Origin: Candidatus Bathyarchaeota archaeon | GTDB lineage: Archaea; Thermoproteota; Bathyarchaeia; Bathyarchaeales; Bathycorpusculaceae | NCBI GenBank assembly: GCA_963707955.1 | Contig: OY970176.1 | Span: forward strand, 672,001 to 736,000 | Length of the DNA: 64,000 nucleotides | Direction of reading: 5' to 3' | In this document: in pieces, positions 31,186 through 43,787 of the stretch | How the letters are laid out: each line of letters starts with the position of its first letter | Position numbering within the stretch: the first letter of the stretch is position 1 | Made by a program: the position numbers and the translations under genes | Notes under the pieces: generated by a model | The model's input: the letters and a program-made list of their open reading frames with translations, nothing else | What the model was told of the DNA's origin: nothing | Database searches by the model: none

Positions 31186-31385
31186 GGTTTCTTCCCCTTT
31201 TTGGCTTGTTTTATGGAAGAAGCGCGTACTTATACCTTGTCTTGCTCGTCGCAGATAGTGAAGAGGACTGTTTCGATTGTTCACTTTAACCTATCTCTCC
31301 GTGGAATGTGGGCTGTTAAGCTTCGCGTGTTTTAAATACGGCGTGTCTATCTGTTCTATCAACTGTGGAAGGAGACAAGGGTTTT

Positions 31386-32426
31386 ATGGCCTCGGAAGAA
31401 ACACCGGAAACATCTGAGGAAACCACTGAGGAAACCTCTAAGGAAACCACTAAGAAGAAGTACGAGTTTTTAGAGGACTTGCCAGGAGTCGGTCCTGCTA
31501 CTGCCCAGAAGATGCGAGAGATGGGTTTTCACACGATCGAGTCTCTGGCCATGGCGACCGCCCGGGAACTGGAGCCCGCCGGAATAAGCGAGAAGAAAGC
31601 CTTTTCGATAATCGAGACTGCGCGTGCAAATATCGGCGTCTCTTTCATTCGAGCAGACGAGCTCCTGAGGATGCGCAAGGACGTTTTGCGTCTGACGAGT
31701 GGAAGCAAGATTGTGGATAGGCTGCTTAATGGCGGAATGGAGACGCAGACCATAACGGAGTTTTACGGCGAGTACGGAAGTGGAAAAAGCCAGATCTGCC
31801 ACCAGCTCTGCGTGAACGTTCAGCTGCCTCCTGAGAGAGGCGGTCTAGGCGGTTCAGCGTTGTACGTTGACACTGAGAACACTTTCCGCACCGAACGCAT
31901 CGTTTCGATGTCCAAGCATTTGGGGCTTGACCCTCTTCAGGTCGTGAAGAACATAATCTACGCGGAAGCTTACACTTCTGACCATCAGATGTTCCTGCTT
32001 GACAATGCTGATGAGGTCATCAAGGCAAACAACGTGAAACTGATAATCGTAGACTCTTTGACAGCGCACTTCAGAAGCGAGTACATTGGACGCGAGATGC
32101 TGGCGCCTAGGCAACAGAGACTGAACAAGCACATGCACAAGCTCATCGGTTTGGCGAGAGCCTTCAACGCTGCGGCAGTCGTGACCAATCAGGTTATGGC
32201 GAGGCCCGACGTTTTCTTCGGAGATGCGATTCACCCCATCGGCGGCCACATCGTCGGACACACGAGTCACACGCGTGTTTACCTGAGAAGGGCTGCGCAT
32301 GGGCCCATACGCATAGCGCGGCTGGTCTCAAGCCCTTACCTGCCTGAAGGGGAGGAAATATTTAAAATAACAGAGAACGGCATAGAGGATGCTTCCGAAG
32401 AAGAGAAGAAGCCTCGTGGTCACTGA
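31386..32426 (+). CDS. radA: DNA repair and recombination protein RadA
   Basis: N-terminal HhH, GEYGSGKS, DTENTFR, VDS, TNQV, GGHIVGH. Confidence 0.97.
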   Translation: MASEETPETSEETTEETSKETTKKKYEFLEDLPGVGPATAQKMREMGFHTIESLAMATARELEPAGISEKKAFSIIETARANIGVSFIRADELLRMRKDVLRLTSGSKIVDRLLNGGMETQTITEFYGEYGSGKSQICHQLCVNVQLPPERGGLGGSALYVDTENTFRTERIVSMSKHLGLDPLQVVKNIIYAEAYTSDHQMFLLDNADEVIKANNVKLIIVDSLTAHFRSEYIGREMLAPRQQRLNKHMHKLIGLARAFNAAAVVTNQVMARPDVFFGDAIHPIGGHIVGHTSHTRVYLRRAAHGPIRIARLVSSPYLPEGEEIFKITENGIEDASEEEKKPRGH

Positions 32427-32428
32427 AG

Positions 32429-32890
32429 ATGCCTATTCCGTTAGCCCTCGTAACAAGATTTTTCCAGCTGCTAGTCAACAGACAGTTCACAGAAGCAGAG
32501 CGGGAGCTGGAGAGGCTGAAGCAAAAGATGCAGAAGACAGAGTGGAACAGAGGATACTTCAGGGCCCTGTACGGCATGTTTCTGTCCCGCAAAGCCAACG
32601 GCGACTCCTACGCGCTCTTCTCAACCATGGATTTGAACGATAAGCCAGCCCTGAACAGTTACAGACGAGAATTTCTCGAACACGTCAGGAACAAGCAGCA
32701 CGGAGACTTTGACCGCGGATTCTTTTCAGCGTGGGCAGACTGCATGCGCGTGCTAAGCAGAATAACCGTCCCCAACAACGTGGCCAGTCCAAGCCTCAAA
32801 GGTTCAGCAGCTCAAGAAGAGAATCCTGAGACCGGGAGCCCTGACGACCAAGCATCGATGGAAGACTTCCTCAAAGAGGAAACAGACTAG
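32429..32890 (+). CDS. Hypothetical protein downstream of radA
   Basis: 153-aa ORF coupled to radA; internal repeat WNRGYF/FDRGFF. Confidence 0.7.
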   Translation: MPIPLALVTRFFQLLVNRQFTEAERELERLKQKMQKTEWNRGYFRALYGMFLSRKANGDSYALFSTMDLNDKPALNSYRREFLEHVRNKQHGDFDRGFFSAWADCMRVLSRITVPNNVASPSLKGSAAQEENPETGSPDDQASMEDFLKEETD

Positions 32891-33189
32891 AGCCCAGCAA
32901 GCATCGTGTACAGCAGAGCGAAAAAAGTCATCCAAGAAAGAAAGTAGATTCCTATCCCCGTTGTAAACAGCTTCTGAGTTTTCTGCACTTTAAGCCGAAA
33001 TCCGGCCTTTATAACGTAGTAGGAGAGCACGTACACTATTATGGCAAGAGACACACTGTTTAGCAAGATGTTGACTGAGAACTGTGTGCTGGAAATCGCG
33101 TTTGCCGCCACACCATAACCTATACAGACCAAAGCGGCCAGGATGCCGAACCCAAATCTCAGCCAGTACACGGTTTCCAGAGGTTTCAA
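32887..33189 (-). CDS. Three-TM membrane protein, EMC6/Rab5ip-like
   Basis: YW.R...G..AA, three helices, C-terminal G...YF..W...LLYT. Confidence 0.55.
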   Translation of the reverse strand: MKPLETVYWLRFGFGILAALVCIGYGVAANAISSTQFSVNILLNSVSLAIIVYVLSYYVIKAGFRLKVQKTQKLFTTGIGIYFLSWMTFFALLYTMLAGL

Positions 33190-33612
33190 GGCTTTCCAAC
33201 CTTTCCAACCTATATTTTGAAACGAGATTTAAAGTTGCCTATTATCAACTATTTGGATAAAAATTGAATTCTAGAACAATGCCTTCTCACACGGAACGAG
33301 GCATGCGAGCCTACTCGTATCGAAGCAGATACAGTGGCTTGCTTGCTTCTATTTTCCTCTGTCTCTTAGAGCTTTTCTTCAACAGACAACCGCGCTCAAC
33401 AGGCTGAATTGCATTTTGTGTGTTCAATCTTCGCGACCCACCATTCTCAACGACGAGGATACATTTTTGGTTTATGAATCACTAATCCATATTTCAGGTT
33501 GCAAGATTCTTCAACATGCCAGAAGGAGAAAGACCGCCGCTCGGATGCTAGCAGATAGGACGAGAACGCGTATTTATAGTGTCTGAATCATTAATGTGTG
33601 ATGTGATTCGGG

Positions 33613-35673
33613 TTGTCCAGCAAGGAGTTCACAAGCTTCGACGTTGCCGCCGTGGTCAGAGAGTTGAAAACCGAAGGGCTATGCTCGATCGTGAGCAACA
33701 TTTACCAGCTGGACGCCAAGACCATAGTCCTCAAACTGCACAAGGCTGACAAACCACCGCTTTGGCTGATCCTGGAGGCCGGAAGACGGATGAACCTGAC
33801 GGTCTACGCGCCAGAGAAGCCTTCGACGCCTCCTGCGTTCTGCATGGCTTTAAGGAAGTACTTTCGGAACGCTCGATTGAGCTCCATCGAACAGTATGAG
33901 TTTGAGAGGGTAGTTGTGTTGTCCTTCAACGCTCAAGACGTTGATTTCCAACTGATCCTGGAGTTCTTCGGCGACGGAAACATCATCCTTGTAAGCGAAA
34001 ATGCCGAGATCCTCCAAGCTCTAGTCTACAAGCGCATGCGAGACAGGAACGTCGTCCGCGGTGAGCCTTTCAAGTTTGCACCTTCAAGCGGGAAGAACCC
34101 GTTCAGAGTGAACTACGGGGAATTCAACTTAAGCCTAAAATCTTTCGGTGATGTTCAAGTCGTCAGGGCACTCGCTCGTTTTCTAAGCATAGGCGGCATT
34201 TATGCAGAGGAGGTTCTAGCTCGGGCTGGTGTTCATAAAGCCAAAGTCTGCAACCTGTTGAGCGATGATGAGGTCAAAACCATCTTTGAAAGCCTTCAGG
34301 AGTTGTTGTCACAGGTTACGAATGGAGCCCTGGAGCCTCGTGTCGTCTTCGACAAGACCGACGTTCTCGTTGATGCTACGCCGCTAAGGCTCAAACGCTA
34401 CGAGAGTGAAACTTTTAGAATCCAGTCTTATGGCACATTCAACGAGGCACTGGATGAGTTCTTCGCCAAACTGTCAGCGCTTGAAAGTGCTGCGCAGGGG
34501 ACGAACGTTGAGGAGTTCAAAGCGGAAGCGGCAAGACTTGAACGCATCGTCGTTGAACAGCAGAAAGTAGTGGTCAGCGCTCGTGCCGAAGCGGAGCGAG
34601 ACAGACGCATCGGTGACTTGATTTATGCACACTTCAGTGAGTTGCAAGCCATAATGGAAAAATTTTTGGGAGACAAGAAGAGCGGCAGGGAATGGAAGAA
34701 CATAGTTTCTGAGGCCCTAAGCGAGAAGCAGGAGGGTGTCAAACCGTGGGTGTTTTTTGAGTCTTTCAACAACGAGGAATTCTCAATGAAAGTCTGTGTG
34801 AACGACTTGTCCTTCAACCTAGACTTGCGAAAGACACTCTTTGAAAGCGCGTCAGAGTTTTATCGGCACAGCAAACGTGCCAAGCAGAAAATGGAAGGCG
34901 CGCAGGTGGCCTTAAATGATTATTTGAGCAGAGTTCAGGAAGCTGAAGCAAAGATGGACGAGGCTCACGCGTTGGAGTTTGTCAAGCCAGCCGAAGCCTT
35001 GGGAGAGCTTGAGAAACGCAGGGTTAAGCGTAAGGAATGGTTTGAAAAGTTCAGGTGGTTCGTGTCATCCGACGGGTTTCTGGTTGTTGCCGGTAAGGAC
35101 GCCGTGACCAACGAGGTCTTGATCAAGAAGTACACTGACAGTGGAGACATCGTTCTCCACGCCGATATTGTCGGTGCGCCGTTTGTCGTGGTCAAGAGGG
35201 AAGAGCAAGAACCAGGAGAAGAATGCTTGCGTGAAGCAGGAGAGTTCGCCGCTGCTTTTTCGAGAGGGTGGCGGGAGGGCTTTGCGAGCGTGGACGTTTA
35301 CTGGGTTAAGCCGGAGCAACTGAGCAAGGGAGGGCCTTCTGGCGAATCCGTGGGCCGCGGTGCGTTCGTTGTTCGTGGCGAGAGAAACTGGATGCGCGGT
35401 GTTCCGCTCAGGATAGCGGTCGGCGTTGCTCTTGACGAGGGAACAGGCGTGGCCAGAATCGGCGGGGGGCCTGTTGAAGCGGTCAAGGCGAAGACAACTG
35501 CACACGTGGTAATCGTGCCTGGAGACTTGAGCGGGAAGGAACTTTTTAAGCGTGTTCTCAGGAGTTTGGCTGAAAAAGTGTCCAAGGAACTGCGTGAAGC
35601 CGTCTTGACCCTGTCAGTTGAGTCGGTTAGAGAGTTTATTCCCTTCGGAAAGGGCACGGTTTTGAAAGACTGA
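33613..35673 (+). CDS. rqcH: Ribosome quality-control factor Rqc2/NEMF (NFACT)
   Basis: F.M.LRK, ERVV, EFFGDGNIIL, coiled coil, WFEKFRWF.SSDG, G.DA..NE, HAD..GAP, G.F.VRG. Confidence 0.93.
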   Translation: MSSKEFTSFDVAAVVRELKTEGLCSIVSNIYQLDAKTIVLKLHKADKPPLWLILEAGRRMNLTVYAPEKPSTPPAFCMALRKYFRNARLSSIEQYEFERVVVLSFNAQDVDFQLILEFFGDGNIILVSENAEILQALVYKRMRDRNVVRGEPFKFAPSSGKNPFRVNYGEFNLSLKSFGDVQVVRALARFLSIGGIYAEEVLARAGVHKAKVCNLLSDDEVKTIFESLQELLSQVTNGALEPRVVFDKTDVLVDATPLRLKRYESETFRIQSYGTFNEALDEFFAKLSALESAAQGTNVEEFKAEAARLERIVVEQQKVVVSARAEAERDRRIGDLIYAHFSELQAIMEKFLGDKKSGREWKNIVSEALSEKQEGVKPWVFFESFNNEEFSMKVCVNDLSFNLDLRKTLFESASEFYRHSKRAKQKMEGAQVALNDYLSRVQEAEAKMDEAHALEFVKPAEALGELEKRRVKRKEWFEKFRWFVSSDGFLVVAGKDAVTNEVLIKKYTDSGDIVLHADIVGAPFVVVKREEQEPGEECLREAGEFAAAFSRGWREGFASVDVYWVKPEQLSKGGPSGESVGRGAFVVRGERNWMRGVPLRIAVGVALDEGTGVARIGGGPVEAVKAKTTAHVVIVPGDLSGKELFKRVLRSLAEKVSKELREAVLTLSVESVREFIPFGKGTVLKD

Positions 35674-35725
35674 ATTGAAGTGCAGAACTTTAGATGTTCT
35701 TTGTTGAATGAGAATGTTTTGAGGT

Positions 35726-37380
<1,655 letters not shown>

Positions 37381-37812
37381 CAATTCAGACCTAACCGATT
37401 AGTTTGTCAGGTCCACATTGCTGTCTCCGCAACTGGAGGCCAACAGTCCTCATTCCATATGGCGACTTTGCGCCGTTGAGGTCGGAGTTGAGCCGCCGCC
37501 GAAAAATTGCGGAGCTAATTGATTGCCAAAAAGACAATGAAGGCATCCAACCAGATATAAACGTTTCTTTCAACAGGGCGCTCCCATTTAATGCTTGGTT
37601 TAACATATTGGAAAAGGCATCAAAGCTTCTAAGTCCATAAGAAAGGCAGTACTGAACCATGACCGCTGAAAGGGAGAAAGTCTTGAAAGACCTTGAGCGC
37701 GCGCTAATAGGCCTAATTCTTGGGCTTGCCGCTATAGTTATTATGATCCGTACGCATCCAAACAAAACTGAAAGCACACGTAAACCCGTGTCCCTCAAGT
37801 TAACGGTGTTCT

Positions 37813-38598
37813 TTAACGCCTATGTGCTCTTGTTTGTTCATGTCCATAATTTTCAAGCAAGTCAAGTAACTCTCTTAAGCCCTTGATAACTCCGTCAGGC
37901 AGGACTTTCTCGTGTGCTTCTGGCAGTTCGTATGAAAGCGACAACGAATCTCGGGGCGACTGCTGTCTCTCGATTAGGACAGCTTTGAGTCCCACCGTTT
38001 TCGCACCTCTGATGTCTATTCCTGGTGTGTCGCCGACGAAAACGGCTCTGTCTGCCTCGATGTCTAGGGTGCTCAATGCTCTTTCATAGATTTCAGGACT
38101 GGGCTTTCGCTTGTTGATGGCGCCCGAAATGACGACAGCATCAAAAAACCCATTCATACCAAACTTCTCCAGCAGTCTTGAAGCGCATTCGGGAATGGAG
38201 AAGTTGGAGACAATCCCGAGCTTGTATTTTTTGTGCAGTCTCTCCAATACATAGAGTACGTCGTCGTCTGGTCGCGCGTACTTCATGAACTCTTCGCAGA
38301 AGGCTCCGGTGGCTCCCACAACAGTGGGGTGTGAAACTCCCAGTCTGTGTCCGAACTTTTCCAGCGTACGTGAAACCCTGATGTTGAAGTGCGGGTCTTC
38401 AAGACTCTCACTTGTTTCCTCGTAAAGCCTATCTCGCACCTCGAAGTAAACTCGAACGAAGTCTTCGAAAGAAATGTCAATTTCGTTATTGACCAAGAAA
38501 TTGTGGAGTCTCTTCAATGATGGCATGTAGAAGGCATCGTCATTTTCAAGCAAGACCAAGGTGTTAAATAGGTCAAAGAGTACCGCCTCCACGCGCAT
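37813..38598 (-). CDS. HAD-family hydrolase
   Basis: FDLFNTL, VSN, KP.PEI, VGD...DI.GA. Confidence 0.9.
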   Translation of the reverse strand: MRVEAVLFDLFNTLVLLENDDAFYMPSLKRLHNFLVNNEIDISFEDFVRVYFEVRDRLYEETSESLEDPHFNIRVSRTLEKFGHRLGVSHPTVVGATGAFCEEFMKYARPDDDVLYVLERLHKKYKLGIVSNFSIPECASRLLEKFGMNGFFDAVVISGAINKRKPSPEIYERALSTLDIEADRAVFVGDTPGIDIRGAKTVGLKAVLIERQQSPRDSLSLSYELPEAHEKVLPDGVIKGLRELLDLLENYGHEQTRAHRR

Positions 38599-39116
38599 TT
38601 TTGCACCCTTTACAGTAGCAGTTCGCGATAAAGATAAAGAGTTGTTGCACCGAGCAAATCAAACTTAATCCAACATCAAGGTGGACAGCGCACGACATTT
38701 CTGCAGGTGAAAACATGCGGCTATTCACGTGCAGCCCTTTCTTCGGCAACAAAAATTGGGCCGTGACTCTTTGATCATGGCGAAGGCAAGTGACATGTCG
38801 AACTGCAAAGGCTTCAGGTGTGATGTGAATCTCGCCTCTGTCTATGTTTTGCGGAACAAACTGCCGTTAAGCTTATATTGTGTATTGCTACATAATATAT
38901 GGGAAACGAGCCATGAAGCCCGTGTCGAAAAACGAAGAAATCCGATGGCAAGTCATGAAGGCTATGCTTGATGAATTTCCAACGTTGAAGGAGAAAACCA
39001 GAAAATATCTTGAAAGACAAGGTTCAAATCAATAAACGTCTTGTTTATTGTTCTGTGCCAGAACGTTATTTCTGGTAACTTTCAAGGAAGCTTTTGGGCA
39101 TTGAACGCGGGCTGAT

Positions 39117-39470
39117 TCACATCAGGTTTTGGTTCTTCTTGAGCAGGTGTTGCGGAGGAATTCTGATCCCATTCTTGCCGTTGTTGTCCTCTTCGGTCTT
39201 GAGAAGTTCGGTTATTTCATGGTAGCGCTGCAGAAAATCCACGCCCTTGTCTGTTGCCCTGTATGTTTCCCTGTCGTTCTGCAAGATTTTCTCCAGCAAA
39301 CTGATTCTCAACATGAAGTTAAGATAATCATTCAGCTGCGTGAAACTCAGGTTTGCCCGGTACATGATCTGAGTCTTCAGGGACCCATCCTTGGCGATTT
39401 CCAAGATTTCGGCCATGATGAAAAGCCTGTCCCTTCTCTTGGCAGACGGATTCGAACCCCAAGGATTCAT
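39117..39470 (-). CDS. Winged-helix protein (HTH_45-like)
   Basis: RRDR..I.AEIL...KTQIMYRANLS...YL, Y..T.KG..FL. Confidence 0.88.
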   Translation of the reverse strand: MNPWGSNPSAKRRDRLFIMAEILEIAKDGSLKTQIMYRANLSFTQLNDYLNFMLRISLLEKILQNDRETYRATDKGVDFLQRYHEITELLKTEEDNNGKNGIRIPPQHLLKKNQNLM

Positions 39471-39656
39471 TTTCTATATCCCTCTTTCAGAACTGTTTTC
39501 TGTAACAGAAGGAAGTGGCGCTTTTCTTAAGCAGTGTTTCGGAGACCAAGCTATTTCAGGAATCGAAATATTCTCTAGAACAAACTTCTAGAAGCCAAAG
39601 AGCCTCTTGCAAAGACCTTATTTCCTTCAGAAGAGAATCTTCAAAATGATGAGAAA

Positions 39657-40155
39657 ATGCTGATAGGACTAATGTCAGACACGCACGATAACCTTCCACA
39701 AGTTGACAAAGCAGTCAGAAGGTTTAACGAAGAAAATGTTGAGCTTGTGCTTCACGCCGGAGACTATGTTGCCGCTTTCGTGATCCCAAGGTTCAAGGAT
39801 CTGAAAGCAAGATTGATCGGCGTCTTCGGCAACAACGATGGTGATCACGAGCTCTTGAAGTTAAGGTTTAAGGAAAACAAACGGCTGGAAATACGCGGAA
39901 ACTTTGCGTACGTAGAAGTTGACGGCTTGAAAATTGCGTTGCTGCATGGAACCGACAGGGGAGCTTTTGGAGGCTTTGATCGAACGCGAGAGTTTTGACG
40001 TTGTGGTTCATGGGCACACGCACCTTAAAGGAGTGCACAAGAAAGGCAGGACGCTGGTCGTGAATCCAGGGGAAGTCTGCGGATATTTGACTGGGAAATC
40101 GACTGTTTCGCTGCTTGACACGGTCAAACGCAGAGCGAAAATAGTTAAACTTTAG
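39657..40155 (+). CDS. YfcE/MJ0936-family metallophosphoesterase, split by a 1-bp insertion near 39957-39961
   Basis: SDTHDN, HAGD, GNND, HG in ORF1; HGHTH and NPGE in ORF2. Confidence 0.85.
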
Positions 40156-40166
40156 TTGGGACTCAC

Positions 40167-41117
40167 TCAGAAGGCATCGAGGCGGCTCAGATAGAATCTG
40201 TCACCGTAGGTCTTCTTGAATGAGGCATCGGAGGTCAGAGGCTTGAACATCATGACTCCCCAGCTCCTGTTTTGAACCATGTAACCGCGGAATCTATAGA
40301 CTTCCAAAAGTCTGGCATTTAGAACTGCCCTGTCATAGACAGATCCTCTTGTTCTGCTCTCCAAGAAGTCTACTAGCTTGTGCATTTGTTCAGCATTTAA
40401 CGCAACAAGCTCTCTAATCCATATGCCCGTCTTGTCTTCCCTGAAGATGACATAACCTTCTTCATCAACTATGCACTGCTTAGGCTTTATTCCTTCAGTC
40501 TTCTTAAGCATCTTGATGTACGCCCTATCCCGAACGACAAAGCCTGTCCTCTCTTTCGAAAATTCGTTGTAGATTGCAAGAATCCTTTCTGGGTCAAAGC
40601 CCACGACATTCTCTTCTGGATAGTGCTTAGCTTTCTTGTCGTGAAAGACTTTGTACACGCTAGGACACTCGATCAGGTCAACGTAACCCAGCTTCTCGTA
40701 AAGAGCATGAGCCACGAGTGAATGGCCCGTGAACAGGAAGGAAAAACGGTACCCCTTATTCCTAAAGTATTCGTGTGCCTTGTTCATCAGAGTTGTGCAG
40801 ACGCCCTTCCGCGCGTAGCCTGGCAACGTCGCGACGCCGTACAATCCACCAACGTGTTCGATACTTCGGTCCACAGTTCGCGTTGCCAGATCCATCACGC
40901 CTACGTGTCCAATTATCCGTCCATATTCAACTGCGCAGAAGCTGACTGGGCCGTTCTTTAATCTTGGGTCGATCTTGACGAGATCGTCAGACTGGCTTTG
41001 ATTGAAAACCCATTTAAAAGCATGGTCTAGCAGCGGCAATAGCCCATCCTTCGATTCTAAGTCTCTGTACGGGATGATCCTCATTCTTGACTGCCCCTTT
41101 TGCGCTTTCTCACTCAA
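40167..41117 (-). CDS. GNAT acetyltransferase (Eis-like N-terminal domain)
   Basis: GVATLPGYARKG...LM, A..LYEKLGY. Confidence 0.8.
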   Translation of the reverse strand: MSEKAQKGQSRMRIIPYRDLESKDGLLPLLDHAFKWVFNQSQSDDLVKIDPRLKNGPVSFCAVEYGRIIGHVGVMDLATRTVDRSIEHVGGLYGVATLPGYARKGVCTTLMNKAHEYFRNKGYRFSFLFTGHSLVAHALYEKLGYVDLIECPSVYKVFHDKKAKHYPEENVVGFDPERILAIYNEFSKERTGFVVRDRAYIKMLKKTEGIKPKQCIVDEEGYVIFREDKTGIWIRELVALNAEQMHKLVDFLESRTRGSVYDRAVLNARLLEVYRFRGYMVQNRSWGVMMFKPLTSDASFKKTYGDRFYLSRLDAF

Positions 41118-41176
41118 ACGTGTGATAAAAATCTTGTTTTCAGGCGTATGCTCTGGTTGTTCAACGGGGCTTTTGC

Positions 41177-42106
41177 TCAGTTCTTGTTGTAGGGCTGTCT
41201 TTTCTGGTTGGCGAGCTTGAAAAGTTCTGCCAGTTGCTCGTCGTTCGCGCCCTTTCTCAGAGGTGTCAAGATGTCCACAAGGTTGTCATTTTTCATCAAA
41301 CAGGGCTTGAGTTTTCCGTCACTCGTTACTCGAAGACGGGTGCAGTGCAGGCAGAATTCAGTGTTCTCTATTGGGTGCACAACCTCAACTCTTGTGCCCG
41401 GTAAGTGGTAAACGCGTCGGTTATGCATATACGGTCTGCTTTCAACTTTCACCGCATTTTCCTTCAACACTGTTTCATACGCGTCCAAGGACTTGTGATG
41501 CATCGAATAAAATTCGCTGCTCATGTTTATCGGCTCAAGCTCGATCAACTGCAGAATCGCGCCAGTTCTTTCAGCAAACCTGATCATCTCTGGCACAGAA
41601 GCATCATTTGCCCCCTTAAGAATGAGCATGTTAAGCTTCACTGGACACAATCCAGCGTTGACGGCGGCTCTTACGCCTGCTAGCGCATGCTGCACTCGAC
41701 CGCCGGTCAGTTTGTGATAGACATCCGCATCCAGCGTGGGGAGGCTTACGTTCACACGGTTCAAGCCGCTAGAATGCAATTCCTCAGCAACTGAAGCAAG
41801 CAGGGTTCCGTTCGAGGTCATGGAAAGATCCGTCAAGCCAGGCGTGGACGCGATTCCTCGAACAATCTCCACAATGTCCTTGCGCATCAGAGGTTCCCCT
41901 CCTGTCAGCTTGACCTTGGAAATGCCCAACGTGAGAGCAACTCTCACGATGCGGACGATCTCGTTACTCGTCATTTCTCCATGGCAGAGTTCCGCAGGAC
42001 TCTCGTCGCCCTCACCGTGACAGTATGAGCAGTTCAAGTCACATCTTTTGGTGACTGCAATCCGCAGGTTGAGCAGCGGTCGCCCACACCCGTCTTTCAA
42101 AACCAT
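41177..42106 (-). CDS. moaA: GTP 3',8-cyclase (radical SAM)
   Basis: LRIAVT.RCDLNCSYC, TGGEP, K.N, FCxxCxRLR.T.DG.LKPCL. Confidence 0.95.
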   Translation of the reverse strand: MVLKDGCGRPLLNLRIAVTKRCDLNCSYCHGEGDESPAELCHGEMTSNEIVRIVRVALTLGISKVKLTGGEPLMRKDIVEIVRGIASTPGLTDLSMTSNGTLLASVAEELHSSGLNRVNVSLPTLDADVYHKLTGGRVQHALAGVRAAVNAGLCPVKLNMLILKGANDASVPEMIRFAERTGAILQLIELEPINMSSEFYSMHHKSLDAYETVLKENAVKVESRPYMHNRRVYHLPGTRVEVVHPIENTEFCLHCTRLRVTSDGKLKPCLMKNDNLVDILTPLRKGANDEQLAELFKLANQKRQPYNKN

Positions 42107-42323
42107 CGTTATTCCCGTGCGTGCCTAACGATGACAGAGATTAGCCATCATATAAAACTTGCTTGACGGGCTCGCGTCTTTTCAACATGAATCGACAAGC
42201 GCGCGCTATTAAAAACCATTTGCCCACACCCCTAAGAAACAAGAAATGGGATAATGAGAATGAACGAACGCGACTTGCGTTCCAATCGTGAAGTAGCATT
42301 TGTCGTCGTGCCATATGGTCCTT

Positions 42324-42428
42324 CTATAGGAGGAGAACTAAGATGACGACTTCGATAATGACTGCTATCATGAGCAGTGTATTCGTTCGCTCTATTCTTT
42401 TTACGGTATTTTCTGAGGGGTTTTCCAC
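42324..42428 (-). CDS. 34-aa tail-anchored microprotein (not in ORF track)
   Basis: AAGGAG RBS + GTG; MENPSENTVKRIERTNTLLMIAVIIEVVILVLLL*. Confidence 0.55.
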   Translation of the reverse strand: MENPSENTVKRIERTNTLLMIAVIIEVVILVLLL

Positions 42429-42483
42429 TTTTTCTCCTTCTTGACTGTTGAGCGTTTTCTGTTTTGGACCATGCTTGTCAGGG

Positions 42484-42741
42484 TTATGCGAAAAGGATGA
42501 CGAGTATGGCTACGGCTAAGCCTATTGCGGCGTAACTTAACAATTCAGATCTTCGGAGGGCTTTTTCTAGGCGCGTTGATAGGTCGCTGTTGTCGGTTCG
42601 GGTTGGCCATGTCGTTGAATTTGTCGACGTGGATTGAAATGGCGCAGGACTTGTCTGTGCGGAGTTTAAGGGTGGTCCACAGTAGCTGCAGGCGATGGCG
42701 CCTTCAGGCACTGTAGCTCCACATTTTGGACATGCGGGCAT
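42484..42741 (-). CDS. Zinc-ribbon protein with C-terminal membrane anchor
   Basis: CPKCG...CSYCG, Ser/Thr/Pro linker, terminal TM helix. Confidence 0.75.
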   Translation of the reverse strand: MPACPKCGATVPEGAIACSYCGPPLNSAQTSPAPFQSTSTNSTTWPTRTDNSDLSTRLEKALRRSELLSYAAIGLAVAILVILFA

Positions 42742-42914
42742 TTTTAGTCAACTTCCTGTTTTAACCTAAGTTTGACAAGTCAGTCCTTGTTCAGTGGTAT
42801 ATAAACATTAGCGCGCGCGTTTTATTTCAGAGAGAGTGCGCGCTTACCATGCTGATTTGTCAGTAGATTTTCACCCTAGAGTAAGTGAGACTTTTTATAG
42901 CGCGCGCTGCCTCA

Positions 42915-43022
42915 CGTCTGCAGAGAACAGAAAAAGAGGGGTTGCGCGGGAGACATCGCCACTGAAGCATGCTAAAGCCTTAGGTGGGTACTTTTCCGTG
43001 TAGGCAGGGTAATTTCATTTTC
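42915..43022. repeat. ~110-bp non-coding repeat, copy 1
   Basis: Aligns with 45639-45747 in direct orientation; the first ~45 bp are nearly identical. Confidence 0.85.
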
Positions 43023-43227
43023 TCCTATTCTTCCATGATTTTTTGCCAGCAGAGTGCCCTCTCTTTAATCTCTAGTAGATATACATCGTCGTGCGTGACG
43101 CGCGCGTCATGAGACACCTAGAGAACTTGATGAGGCTTTGGATAAAGCTGATGCCTATATCTTGGGAGCTCCATTGTACTGTTTGGAGGTAAATGGTTTA
43201 ACCAGGACTGAAGGAACGGGGATAAAC

Positions 43228-43521
43228 ATGATATCGTCTAAGGCGAAAAATCGAATGAAACGTGAGCTAAGCTTGGAGAAGCCAACAATATGGGTTGGTA
43301 AGGAGGGAGCGTCGCCGCAGACGGTGAATGAGATTTCTAGGCAGTTGGAGAAAAGGAAAATAGTGAAAGTTCAAATATTGAAAAACGCGCTTAAGGATGA
43401 GAGCGCCAAAGACATCGCGTCAAAAACAGCTCAGCAAACGGCATCCACCCTAATCGATGTTCGAGGACACACTTTCATACTGCATAAGCCTCGCAAAAAG
43501 AGAAGTGAAAAGCCTCTGTGA
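43228..43521 (+). CDS. yhbY: YhbY/CRM-domain RNA-binding protein
   Basis: KPTIWVGKEG, EI..QL, VKV.IL, RG.TFIL. Confidence 0.88.
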   Translation: MISSKAKNRMKRELSLEKPTIWVGKEGASPQTVNEISRQLEKRKIVKVQILKNALKDESAKDIASKTAQQTASTLIDVRGHTFILHKPRKKRSEKPL

Positions 43522-43787
43522 GAGGACCGTTTAGAGGTTTTGAAAGGGATGAGATTGGAATAATCTTGTTGAGGAAGGTTCAAAAACACCCATTTCCTTC
43601 ATGCCTTTAACCTTGCTTTCATGAACCTACCTCTGTCAAGAGATCCTAAAATGGCTGACGCATCCATTGACAAAGACGCGCGCATGGCCACTTCAAAATG
43701 ACTGCTTGATCCCTATGAGAGTTGTGTCAATTGCTGTTTGTAAGCGAAGAGCTCATTCAAGAATGAGATAACGCACAACGGTTGAGA

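Noticed and set aside
33190-33612. Long intergenic gap (also 10400-10790 and 38600-39116)
   Set aside because: No ORF, RNA motif or repeat that I could support by eye
42915-43022. Repeat as a fluoride riboswitch, tRNA half or peptide gene
   Set aside because: GGCGATG is not followed by the crcB consensus, there are no D/T-arm features, and the short ORFs differ in length and sequence between copies
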